Positions 46,271 to 55,315 of a stretch of DNA of 64,000 bases are shown piece by piece. The position numbers and the translations under genes are program-made. The notes below the pieces were generated by a model. That model was not told where the DNA came from and searched no databases. It worked only from the letters and a program-made list of their open reading frames with translations. Positions within the stretch are counted from its first letter, which is position 1. Each line of letters starts with the position of its first letter. The DNA is from an uncultured virus (IMG/VR IMGVR_UViG_3300002132_000024) (lineage: Duplodnaviria; Heunggongvirae; Uroviricota; Caudoviricetes), in IMG/VR virus record IMGVR_UViG_3300002132_000024, positions 1 through 64,000 of that record; one strand, written 5' to 3'.

Positions 46271-47100
46271 TACCAGCTCCTACAAGACCAATATCTTGCT
46301 TTATGTCTTGGCCCTGGATTAGAGCAGTTATGTCTGGCACGGAAACTCTTTCTACGTGCTGGATTGGATTTTTTAATGCGCATCTTCTTGTCGCCAAAAT
46401 TTACTTTGACCACATTGCCCTGTGGATTCTTTACATATACTTTTGATTTTTTAACATCGCCTGCCATTTTTTTGCCTAGTTGTACCTTGCGTCCTTGATA
46501 CTCAGCTTCTGTTTTAATGCTTTCGTTGTTTCTAGATTCTTCAGAAGCCATGTAATCCCAAACGGTGACTAGCATGGATTTTGCGACTGCAATCTTTTCT
46601 TGGACCCATTCTGGGAGATTATCGCCTGCATGAATGATGTTGTCGATACCTTGAACAGCACGTTTCATCGTTTCTAGGTTATTGTCAGCCATTCCTGCTT
46701 CGTCGTCGTATTCAGGATTAGAACCTTCCCCAATTTTTTCGCAGTCGTTTACACGCTTCCCTGCGTTTTTACCAGTTCCTGCTTGTGTTCCAGTTTTTCT
46801 GTAGCCCTTCCAACATTTTTGTGGACCGGCAACGCCTTCTACTAGTTCGCCTTCTAAAAACTGTAGGCCTTCGTTGGTTAACATTTCTAAAGCATGATCG
46901 TCTAGTTCGATAACAATGCCGTCTTCCAGCATGTCTACAATAGTAGTGGCAATTTCGTGATCTTCTGAAAAGCTGATGCCAAACTCGTCACCGATTTCAA
47001 ACTGTTCTAAATCAGTGTTGCGCTTTGCTTGTATGGTGTCGTTGTCTGTTAGTGCAGTTTCGCTAACGATAGCATCTAATTTTGATAAAATATCTCTCAT
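46270..47100 (-). CDS. Modular late protein (CWKGY module, LPEWVQEKI module, basic RKSFRARHNC module)
   Basis: Modules separated by xxE sites; GATAAATA at 47126-47133. Confidence 0.65.
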   Translation of the reverse strand: MRDILSKLDAIVSETALTDNDTIQAKRNTDLEQFEIGDEFGISFSEDHEIATTIVDMLEDGIVIELDDHALEMLTNEGLQFLEGELVEGVAGPQKCWKGYRKTGTQAGTGKNAGKRVNDCEKIGEGSNPEYDDEAGMADNNLETMKRAVQGIDNIIHAGDNLPEWVQEKIAVAKSMLVTVWDYMASEESRNNESIKTEAEYQGRKVQLGKKMAGDVKKSKVYVKNPQGNVVKVNFGDKKMRIKKSNPARRKSFRARHNCSNPGPRHKARYWSCRSW

Positions 47101-47145
47101 ACGTATCTTCCATAAGTTGATACTATATTTATCGTTTAACGCAAC

Positions 47146-47520
47146 TTAGGAATTATAACGGACACTGATGATTTCACCGTCTTCGATGTGGTATGCAGCA
47201 CGTATAAACACAAACTTGCCTGTGATTGTTGTGCTTCTGCTGGAGTTTGAGCTATCTACATCAAATGTTTCTGTATGTACGTCAACCCAGTCACTGTCAC
47301 CCGGATAAAGTTCTAGTGTAGCTTGTATAGTGATAGTTCCTAGCAAGCCTTCTGCGTGGAATAACAAGGTGTGTATACCATCGCCGTTTTTATAATATCC
47401 TGCTCCTCTGTTTTTATCGGAGTAAAATACAGTGTCTGCGTCAGACCCAGCTTGATAGTCTCTACCGTATGCAGACGATACAGTGATATTTTCTAATAAT
47501 TTTAATGTTTCGAAGCCCAT
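47146..47520 (-). CDS. Hypothetical late protein (beta-rich)
   Basis: GATAAATA 5 nt before the ATG. Confidence 0.65.
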   Translation of the reverse strand: MGFETLKLLENITVSSAYGRDYQAGSDADTVFYSDKNRGAGYYKNGDGIHTLLFHAEGLLGTITIQATLELYPGDSDWVDVHTETFDVDSSNSSRSTTITGKFVFIRAAYHIEDGEIISVRYNS

Positions 47521-47524
47521 ATTA

Positions 47525-48190
47525 TTATTTATCGGAAACTACAAACTTGTATATCCGCCCTAAAACTGTTGAATCACGCAACTTTAGCATAAGCAATGTT
47601 GCTTCATCTTGCACCAATACATATCTTCTATCCCAATTCCAGTCAGTGTGCATAAACCATGACTGCAACGACTCAGTACAGGTAATTCTAGTAGATTGCG
47701 ACTTGATCCAATCGAGATACTTTTGTTTAGCCTCTTTATCTCCTGCCATTTTATGTGGAAGGAGATAAGCTCTGTACTGATACTGATTCTTAGGTAGCTT
47801 TTTAACCATAATAGTAGATGCATCTAACAAGTCGATGTTTGCACCTGGTTCGAATCTATGAACAACATACGATTCAAATTTTTCAGATATAGCATCATAG
47901 AACAATTTATCGTTTGTATAATAGTCGATCTGTCTACTTTCTATCCTAGTAGCGTAGTCGCTTTTGTTGTATGGCAATAAAAAGTTGCAGATGTTGTCTA
48001 TCAACTCTTTATTATGCCATACTGATTGACGAAACGCATGTAAGGGCGCCTCTGTAAGATTACATAATAGTTTTATGTCTCCTAACGCCGCCATTCTAAA
48101 GATACCAGCACCACTAACTTGTAGAGTAGTCTTATAAAGCCACTTATTGTAGAACTTCTTATTAGTTGTCTTGGTTTTCGTTGATAACAT
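47525..48190 (-). CDS. Hypothetical protein
   Basis: Overlaps the clpA 3' end; AAGGA RBS. Confidence 0.6.
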   Translation of the reverse strand: MLSTKTKTTNKKFYNKWLYKTTLQVSGAGIFRMAALGDIKLLCNLTEAPLHAFRQSVWHNKELIDNICNFLLPYNKSDYATRIESRQIDYYTNDKLFYDAISEKFESYVVHRFEPGANIDLLDASTIMVKKLPKNQYQYRAYLLPHKMAGDKEAKQKYLDWIKSQSTRITCTESLQSWFMHTDWNWDRRYVLVQDEATLLMLKLRDSTVLGRIYKFVVSDK

Positions 48191-50531
48191 CTTGTTCCTT
48201 GGACTGTGCAGCATCTAACGCTCTCTGAGCTTTCATTGCTTTTTTCTCTTCTTTAGTTAATGGCTTAGGAATTTCAGAAATTATAAAGTCGAGTTTACCT
48301 TCAACAATATCGATGGTCACACGCCCACCTTCGATAAGATCACCAAACAATACTCTACGGCTTAACGGACTTTTAACTTCATTGTCAATCAACCGTGCTA
48401 GCGGACGAGCACCCATCTTTTTATCATAGCCCTTGTCTGCTAACCACTTAGTAGATGCGTCTGTAAGAACGATTTCAATGCCTTTGTCTTTAAGCTGAGT
48501 ATTAAGTTCGCCTACAAACTTTCTAACAATCTGATGTATAACTTCAGTGCCTAGTTTAGTAAACTTGATAACAGCATCTAAGCGATTACGGAATTCTGGA
48601 GCAAAGAACTTCTTAACTGCTTTGTCATCTTCTCCGTCTCTCTCCATTTCACCAAATCCGATATTGTTATTCTCGTTATCACGGGCACCTAGGTTTGATG
48701 TCATAAGCAGAATACAGTTTCTTCCGTCTGCTTGTTTTCCGTTTGAACCAGTGACAAAGCCATTGTCCATAAATGCTAATAGGATATTCATAACATCTGG
48801 GTGTGCTTTCTCAACTTCGTCAAGCAATAGTACAGCATTAGGATGTTCTTGCAGCTTAGTGATCAACATACCTGCATTGTCTTCGTAGCCGACATATCCA
48901 GGAGGAGCACCAATCAAACGTGAAACGCTGTGCTTTTCTTGATACTCGCCCATATCAAATCGTATTAACTCCATGCCCATCTTTTCTGCTAGAGTTTTAG
49001 CAGTTTCTGTTTTACCTGTTCCAGTTGGGCCAGATAATAGGAAGCTACCGATAGGCTTGTTAGGTGATTTCATACCTGCTTGTGCAACAAAGATTTTATC
49101 AAGTAATGTTTCTACAGCAGTATCTTGTCCGTACACAACTCCTTTCATTTGTTTCTCTAATGAAGCAAGATTTTTGCTTTCTTTTTGAGCTACAGTTTCC
49201 AAAGGCATGTTAATCATCTTACTAAGTTCGTAAGTGACTTGTTCGATGTCAACAATTTGTTCTACGCCTTCCATCTCTACATCGTCTTTCAACTTGTATC
49301 TTGCAGAAGCACAGTCTATGATGTCAATAGCTTTGTCTGGAAGTTTCTTGTCAGCCATATACTTAATAGACAACTTAACTGCTTGTTCGATAGCAGCATC
49401 GCTGATCTTAACATTGTGATGTTGTTCATAATGCTTCTTAAGACCTTTGAGAATCTTAACAGTCATTTCTGCACTAGGCTCGTCGATGTTAACACGCTGG
49501 AATCGACGCATTAATGCACGATCACTTTCAAAGTGCTTGCGATATTCTTCCCAAGTAGTTGATGCAATTAGTTTAATAACACCCTTGGTAAGGATAGGCT
49601 TTAACATATTAGCCATATCGTTTGAACTATTACCACCGCCTGCGCCTGCACCATTCATCATGTGTGCTTCGTCGATAAACAAAATAATATTGCCCTTACG
49701 CTCAAGTGCAGCAAGTACACCCTTAACACGTTCTTCAAAGTCACCGCGATATTTAGAACCTGCTAGCAACGAACTAATATCAAGTGTGTATACTTGGTGG
49801 TCTTGGATAAACTTAGGTACTTTTTTATTAAGAATCTTAAGTGCAATACCTTCAGCAATAGCAGTTTTACCAACACCTGGATCACCTACCATTAATACAT
49901 TGCTCTTATTTCGACGAGCAAGAACTAGCTGAATTTTTTCAATTTCTTCTTCACGTCCAATAACCGGATCAATTTTACGCTGCTTGGCTTTCAATGAAAG
50001 ATTTGTGCAGAACTGATTTAAAATCCTATCGGCTTGACTTACATTAGCTACTCGGTTTTCTGACACTTGATGATCTTCTTCTTCTTCGGGCTGCGGCATT
50101 ACATTTTCTTGGAAATACTTAACAAACTTTTCTTTTGTCACTCCTCCCTTGGTAAGGAAATAGTAAGCGAAACTATTTTTTTCACTGAGTACGCTGATAA
50201 TAACATCAGCAACTTCCATACGCTGCCGTCCACTGAACAATACCTGCGTAAAGCAACGGTTAAGCACACGCTCAACACTGTTAGTCTTTTTAGGTTTGAC
50301 ATTAGGATTACTAGTTTTAATGTCATTGAGATTGTTTTTTAGATAATGCTCTAAATTTGTTTTAATAAAATCAGCATCTGCCCCGTATGACTTTAGAAGT
50401 TCAAAGGAATTCTTGTCACTCAAAATGCCGAAGACGATATGCTCGATAGTAATGTATTCGTGGTCAAGTGCTTTAGAATGCTCTACTGCACCTTCAAATA
50501 TTTCTTGTAAATCTTTGCTTGGTTCGATCAT
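48162..50531 (-). CDS. clpA: ClpA-type AAA+ chaperone/Clp protease ATPase
   Basis: HEYITIEH N-domain, GDPGVGKT, FIDEAH, LPDKAID, GPTGTGKT, GAPPGYVG, IGF loop, FAPEFRNRLD. Confidence 0.93.
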   Translation of the reverse strand: MIEPSKDLQEIFEGAVEHSKALDHEYITIEHIVFGILSDKNSFELLKSYGADADFIKTNLEHYLKNNLNDIKTSNPNVKPKKTNSVERVLNRCFTQVLFSGRQRMEVADVIISVLSEKNSFAYYFLTKGGVTKEKFVKYFQENVMPQPEEEEDHQVSENRVANVSQADRILNQFCTNLSLKAKQRKIDPVIGREEEIEKIQLVLARRNKSNVLMVGDPGVGKTAIAEGIALKILNKKVPKFIQDHQVYTLDISSLLAGSKYRGDFEERVKGVLAALERKGNIILFIDEAHMMNGAGAGGGNSSNDMANMLKPILTKGVIKLIASTTWEEYRKHFESDRALMRRFQRVNIDEPSAEMTVKILKGLKKHYEQHHNVKISDAAIEQAVKLSIKYMADKKLPDKAIDIIDCASARYKLKDDVEMEGVEQIVDIEQVTYELSKMINMPLETVAQKESKNLASLEKQMKGVVYGQDTAVETLLDKIFVAQAGMKSPNKPIGSFLLSGPTGTGKTETAKTLAEKMGMELIRFDMGEYQEKHSVSRLIGAPPGYVGYEDNAGMLITKLQEHPNAVLLLDEVEKAHPDVMNILLAFMDNGFVTGSNGKQADGRNCILLMTSNLGARDNENNNIGFGEMERDGEDDKAVKKFFAPEFRNRLDAVIKFTKLGTEVIHQIVRKFVGELNTQLKDKGIEIVLTDASTKWLADKGYDKKMGARPLARLIDNEVKSPLSRRVLFGDLIEGGRVTIDIVEGKLDFIISEIPKPLTKEEKKAMKAQRALDAAQSKEQDVINENQDN

Positions 50532-50532
50532 A

Positions 50533-51027
50533 TTATTTGTTTTTCCTAAGTTTCTTCATAGCTAATTTTAACTTCACTTGACCTACTTTGTCAACAAAGC
50601 AGATGCCGTTTAGGTGATCTAACTCATGCTGAAAGCACTTTGCTAAGTATCCATCAAACTTGGCTTCGATAGTATCACCGTTGCTGTTTTGATATTCTAC
50701 AATTATCCAACTAGGACGTTTTACTTTTAAAAACAATCCCGGATAGCTAAGACAACCTTCTTCGTCTAGAACTTCTTCTTTGCTTGCTTCTAGTATCTTA
50801 GGATTAAACAAGGCGAACGGTTCTGGAAAGCCCGCTATACTATAGCTGCCCATAACGAATACTTGCTTAGTTAATCCTAATTGATTAGCAGCAAGCCCTA
50901 TGCCTTTTGCTTCGATCATAAAAGAACACATTTGTTTTTCTAGATCTTTTGCACCGATATCACTTGCAAAGTCCCAAGGAGTACTTTGTTCTACTAAAGA
51001 ATTGTGCGGTCCTAGTTTAAATTCCAT
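50533..51027 (-). CDS. def: Peptide deformylase
   Basis: GIGLAANQ, EGCLS, QHELDHLNG. Confidence 0.95.
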   Translation of the reverse strand: MEFKLGPHNSLVEQSTPWDFASDIGAKDLEKQMCSFMIEAKGIGLAANQLGLTKQVFVMGSYSIAGFPEPFALFNPKILEASKEEVLDEEGCLSYPGLFLKVKRPSWIIVEYQNSNGDTIEAKFDGYLAKCFQHELDHLNGICFVDKVGQVKLKLAMKKLRKNK

Positions 51028-51856
51028 GTTGCACCTGTTGAATTTTTTCTAACTGTGCTTGAGTTAAATCTTTCGGGATTTTAACTTTAATTTTAATAAG
51101 AAGATTACCTCTTCGTCTAGTTCTCATATCTGGCAATCCTTCGTCTGGTATTCTAAATGTAGTATCAGGCTGTGTGCCTTGCGGTAAGTTAACCGACAGT
51201 GATTTTCCGCCCAGTGTTTTTATCTCTATGGATGTTCCGAGAATAGCATCCCATGCATTGATTTCTTTATCGATAGTTAATGACGTGCCCTCTCTTTTAA
51301 AAGATCTATGAGGAAGCACATTCACATTAACTATAAGATCTCCTGGCATCAGATTAGGTATTGCATTATCTCCCATACCTTCATATCGAATTTGTTGACC
51401 GTGTTCTATACCCGGGGGTATTTGAATATTAATCATCTTCTTCCTACCGGTCGGAAGCCCTAGCTCTGCTGCAATGTCTTTGCCAGTTAATACTTCTTCT
51501 AGAGTAATTTCTACAGAAATATTCAATGATTTATTCTTACGAAGATTTCGATTGAACCCACTAAAGCCAAAGTTGTTGAATATGTCTTCCATATTACCTG
51601 TGCCAAAGTGAAATTCAAATGGATTGCCTTGATTGGGATTGTTTCGACCGGGTTGTGCATTAGGATCACCACCCATATCAATGATATGTCTTTTCTGGGG
51701 ATCAGTTAATGCTTCGTATGCCGTTGCAATTTCTTTAAATTTTTGTTCATCACCACCCCTGTCGGGATGATGCTTCATCGCCATAGTGCGATATGCTTTC
51801 TTGATATCGGCGTCTGATGCGCCACGTGTTAATCCGAGTGTAGAGTAATAATCCAT
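51017..51856 (-). CDS. DnaJ/CbpA-like co-chaperone without Zn finger
   Basis: MDYYSTLGL, HHPDRGG, C-terminal DnaJ_C. Confidence 0.9.
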   Translation of the reverse strand: MDYYSTLGLTRGASDADIKKAYRTMAMKHHPDRGGDEQKFKEIATAYEALTDPQKRHIIDMGGDPNAQPGRNNPNQGNPFEFHFGTGNMEDIFNNFGFSGFNRNLRKNKSLNISVEITLEEVLTGKDIAAELGLPTGRKKMINIQIPPGIEHGQQIRYEGMGDNAIPNLMPGDLIVNVNVLPHRSFKREGTSLTIDKEINAWDAILGTSIEIKTLGGKSLSVNLPQGTQPDTTFRIPDEGLPDMRTRRRGNLLIKIKVKIPKDLTQAQLEKIQQVQHGI

Positions 51857-51862
51857 AGTATC

Positions 51863-51891
51863 ATTATACAATAAAAAAAGGACTGTGTCAA
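51863..51891 (-). promoter_or_regulatory. Perfect sigma70 promoter TTGACA-N17-TATAAT
   Basis: -35 at 51886-51891 in the terminator loop, -10 at 51863-51868. Confidence 0.8.
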
Positions 51892-51902
51892 GCAGTCCTT
51901 TT
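51873..51902. terminator. Intrinsic terminator after the lysis cassette
   Basis: AAAAAAAGGACTG-TGTCAAG-CAGTCCTTTT. Confidence 0.8.
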
Positions 51903-51934
51903 ATTTAAGTTTATTTTTAACTCAGTAAAAATTT

Positions 51935-52342
51935 TTATTTTCTTGGTGAACTACCTAAGTATAAACCAAACCATGCTGCACCAGCACCAACAATAATTGA
52001 TACTAATCCAGATTGTTCTAGATTAGGTGTTGGTACAGTCATAAACCAAGTCACAACTTTGTATACTAAAATAATGTATATACTCATAAATGCCCTTGGC
52101 CAAATCCTCCAGCTATCAACTGCTGCTGCTAGATAAATCCATTTTTTAAATGGGTTGCCTTCGACGTCTTTCATTACAGCTGACGAGTTTAACGGACTAT
52201 CGCCTGCTGTTGGGGTTTCTGGTATTTGAATGCTCATTTGTGATAACGCTCCTGTTTGCGATGTTGCTACAGGAGAGGCCGCCGCCGCAGGTGCAGCTAC
52301 CGGTGTTGGACTTTGTAAATCTGAAGGATCTAATCTAGGCAT
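51935..52342 (-). CDS. Putative holin
   Basis: Two C-terminal transmembrane segments; adjacent to spanins and endolysin. Confidence 0.55.
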   Translation of the reverse strand: MPRLDPSDLQSPTPVAAPAAAASPVATSQTGALSQMSIQIPETPTAGDSPLNSSAVMKDVEGNPFKKWIYLAAAVDSWRIWPRAFMSIYIILVYKVVTWFMTVPTPNLEQSGLVSIIVGAGAAWFGLYLGSSPRK

Positions 52343-52370
52343 AACTTCGCTCCTATGCTAACTTAAATAT

Positions 52371-52748
52371 TTATTTAGATATTGGTTTTATGTCTTCTGC
52401 TTTAGTTGCTTCTTCGTAATAAACAATTATTTCTTTTTGTTGATTAAGATATCTTCTTAGCTCTGCTATGTTTAACGATAAATTTTCATAGTCTTTAACA
52501 CTAATAGCAATATATACTAGTTCACCATTTTTCTTAGTGAATTCTTCAACGAACAGATCATAGTTGTCTTTATTAACAACATAGATTTTAATATTGTTCA
52601 TCTGTACAGGCTTAGGCCTTGCAGCCGGAGGCACTGTAGTTTTTACAGTATTAGTTACCGTTATTACTTTTGCTTCCGGGCGCAGGAGACTGCACCCTGC
52701 TAGGGTCAGTATCAGTAGTGATGTCAGCCCAAATCTTAGTAGTTGCAT
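52371..52748 (-). CDS. o-spanin (lipoprotein)
   Basis: Signal peptide with LAGC lipobox; overlaps the i-spanin 3' end. Confidence 0.75.
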   Translation of the reverse strand: MQLLRFGLTSLLILTLAGCSLLRPEAKVITVTNTVKTTVPPAARPKPVQMNNIKIYVVNKDNYDLFVEEFTKKNGELVYIAISVKDYENLSLNIAELRRYLNQQKEIIVYYEEATKAEDIKPISK

Positions 52749-53073
52749 CTTGCATCCTTTGTTCGATCATAGCAGGCTTTTTTAGAGCCAGCATAGTTAG
52801 GTTGTGCTTCTGTAGAGTAGCACGAAGTTCATCCCCATACTTCTCTGCTTTCTGTAAATCGCCTTGCAACTGCATGTTAAGCTCGCTTGTACGCTTGATA
52901 TCTGTTTCCATCATCTTAATACTTGCTTCGCTAACTTGTATAGCAACTTCCATCTTAGCAACGTTTTCTCTTGCAGTCTGTAAGTCACCCTCAATCTTTT
53001 TTACATACATATATCCTGCTCCTGCAGATGCAAGAACAAATAACGCCAATGCGATTTTAATAGAGCTAAACAT
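52651..53073 (-). CDS. i-spanin
   Basis: N-terminal transmembrane segment plus coiled coil. Confidence 0.75.
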   Translation of the reverse strand: MFSSIKIALALFVLASAGAGYMYVKKIEGDLQTARENVAKMEVAIQVSEASIKMMETDIKRTSELNMQLQGDLQKAEKYGDELRATLQKHNLTMLALKKPAMIEQRMQDATTKIWADITTDTDPSRVQSPAPGSKSNNGN

Positions 53074-53075
53074 TG

Positions 53076-53924
53076 TTATCCTAGTAGTTTTCCCAGAGTC
53101 TTTGGACCAGCTATACCATCGGCTGTTAGGCCTTGTGCTGTTTGCCACGCCATCAGTGCTTTTTCGGTTCCAGGACCAAAATCTCCATCTGCGTTCAAGC
53201 CCAAAGCCTCTTGCATCTTTTTTACTACGGGGCCCTTAGATCCTTTACGAACAGTTTCTAAAACTAATGCAGGTTCTGCAGGCGCAGTCCAATGAGGATC
53301 AAACACATGCAGAGCATGTTCCCAATGTTGCTTACGATCTTCTAATCCAATAGTACCACCATTGATACGCTTGGTCATAGTAATAATGTCGCCACTATCG
53401 CAGTACTGATTGATATTGTTCTCGTCCCAGAACCAGCAAGCACTGTCAAGTGCGCCTTTCTTAGTACGAACATATTCACAGGCTTCTTCTAAGTTCATCT
53501 TCATAGCAGCAGCGAATTTTGTATAGTTGTGACGACCAGTTAATTGGATCAAGCCGCCGCCACGGAATCTCCAACCATCACCACTTGCTTCATCACCGTT
53601 GTCCATGCGTCCTGCATAAACTACATTGGCAATCTTTTCTGGTTGACGATTGTATGCTTGAGCATCACGCCCTGCTTTAACAAAATACTTTGGAAATATT
53701 TTGTTTAACCCGTCAGCACTATAATTTAAGTTTTCTGTTAAAACTTTAAACCCAGCACTTTCGTGGCCGCATTGTGCGATGAATCCTGCAACACGAGCAG
53801 GTGTATCAATTTGCCACAGTGGCAACACCTCACACATTGCTTCATACCAAGCATCTGATTCTGTTTTGATTAGATCTCTGATTTGGTCTTTTGTGAATGT
53901 AAATTTAAAATGTTCTGCACTCAT
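53076..53924 (-). CDS. Endolysin, GH19 domain plus C-terminal peptidoglycan-binding domain
   Basis: FIAQCGHES, ENLNYS, FRGGGLIQLTG, INGG; DGDFGPGT/DGIAGPKT. Confidence 0.9.
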   Translation of the reverse strand: MSAEHFKFTFTKDQIRDLIKTESDAWYEAMCEVLPLWQIDTPARVAGFIAQCGHESAGFKVLTENLNYSADGLNKIFPKYFVKAGRDAQAYNRQPEKIANVVYAGRMDNGDEASGDGWRFRGGGLIQLTGRHNYTKFAAAMKMNLEEACEYVRTKKGALDSACWFWDENNINQYCDSGDIITMTKRINGGTIGLEDRKQHWEHALHVFDPHWTAPAEPALVLETVRKGSKGPVVKKMQEALGLNADGDFGPGTEKALMAWQTAQGLTADGIAGPKTLGKLLG

Positions 53925-54661
53925 TATTCTGTCCTTTGTAATAACATAGCTCTATCACCGTTTGTGAATAGAAACTTATTTCCAAACTTGCTAATGTTGT
54001 AGTCACCTAATACTTTAGTTAACCAAAACATTTCAGCGGTAGCTGTTTCGTCTAAGTCCATGGCACCTTCTACCACTGCCTGAGGATCCTGCTCACTTAG
54101 CCACCGCAGCTTAACTTGTTTGTCAAACGGTTTGTGAATAGTAATAATATCGTTATCTAGACTTAGACTGTCCATTAATGTTTTATTGAAAAATGATTTA
54201 ACACTTTCAACTTTCATTTTATTAACAAATCCATCGTAAGCATTGGCTGTGGAAGGAATATGTTGTGAAAGATTTTCACCTGTTGCTTCGTGTACTTGAG
54301 ACTCTTTATAATATTTAAATTTGAAACCCTCGATACCAGTTAACTTAGTCACACCGTACATCAAGTCTTTGATGTTTTCTGATAACTGCGGAGTCCTAGA
54401 CATTTCAACGAAAACAGAATATTCACCTTTGTTGTCCTCACCTGAACTAATATCAGCATCTAAAACAAACGGATATCCTTTCTCAATGAATTCCATCATG
54501 TCCTTGGCAGGACTACGATCTTTAACTTTGAAACTTACAACACAAACATCTCGGTCTTCGCCCATCTTGGACTTAAAGCTGTCAATTTCAAAAACGGAGT
54601 GGACCATTTCTTGTAGGTCCATAGGACGAAGTCCTTCATCAAGCTGCTGGTTGTTCTGCAT
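53924..54661 (-). CDS. Hypothetical late phage protein
   Basis: AGGAG RBS; IDSFKSKMG. Confidence 0.65.
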   Translation of the reverse strand: MQNNQQLDEGLRPMDLQEMVHSVFEIDSFKSKMGEDRDVCVVSFKVKDRSPAKDMMEFIEKGYPFVLDADISSGEDNKGEYSVFVEMSRTPQLSENIKDLMYGVTKLTGIEGFKFKYYKESQVHEATGENLSQHIPSTANAYDGFVNKMKVESVKSFFNKTLMDSLSLDNDIITIHKPFDKQVKLRWLSEQDPQAVVEGAMDLDETATAEMFWLTKVLGDYNISKFGNKFLFTNGDRAMLLQRTE

Positions 54662-55169
54662 TTGCCATCTCCTGTGCTTGTTGTTCTGCTGGATCAATAT
54701 GTGCGTTAACTCCGGATGAGCTAACAATATCTTCAATCTTGTTCTTATCTAATTCTGTGTAGCCACGGTTAATATCTTTCATTAACTTCTTTGGCATCTT
54801 GATTTTGATCATCCAAACTTTCTTGTGATCAATCTTTCCTTTTTTAGTGCCAGGACGTATGTCTTCTGGCTTCTTAATTTTCCTTACAACTGACAACATG
54901 TCTTCAGCGACTTGTACTTTACATCCGTATTCTAATAGACGCTGACCACCTTTGGGTTCAGGCATCTTATCTTCAGGCCACATAAAAGTACATTCAACAA
55001 AGTACCGGCTTTCGTACGGACCACTAACTAGTTCGCCGTCCAGCCAGTTATCGTAGACGTACACATCTAGTTCGTCGATAACACGTTCGAAATCTTTGAG
55101 CAAACCTAGGCTGTTATTAGAGCCGTAAATTTGTTCGATGTTTGTAATAATATCTTTAATATCTGCCAT
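54639..55169 (-). CDS. Hypothetical late phage protein
   Basis: GGAG RBS; GATAAATA at 55186-55193. Confidence 0.7.
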   Translation of the reverse strand: MADIKDIITNIEQIYGSNNSLGLLKDFERVIDELDVYVYDNWLDGELVSGPYESRYFVECTFMWPEDKMPEPKGGQRLLEYGCKVQVAEDMLSVVRKIKKPEDIRPGTKKGKIDHKKVWMIKIKMPKKLMKDINRGYTELDKNKIEDIVSSSGVNAHIDPAEQQAQEMANAEQPAA

Positions 55170-55185
55170 GATTAATCTCCATTTG

Positions 55186-55241
55186 TATTTATCGCGGAAA
55201 TTTAAACATAACATATATCATTTCCTCTAGACTGTTAAATA
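55186..55241. promoter_or_regulatory. Divergent late promoters (minus 55186-55191, plus 55236-55241)
   Basis: TAAATA on both strands of the divergent intergenic region. Confidence 0.5.
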
Positions 55242-55315
55242 CAGTTGTGTTCGGGTATCGGACACTAGTGAACTTAGGGTCCGATCCAGCACAATACTAG
55301 GAGGGAAAGCCTTAT

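Noticed and set aside
47103..47123. GTATC/GATAC hairpin over an RBS as another late gate
   Set aside because: Only 5 bp with an 11-nt loop; too weak to distinguish from chance
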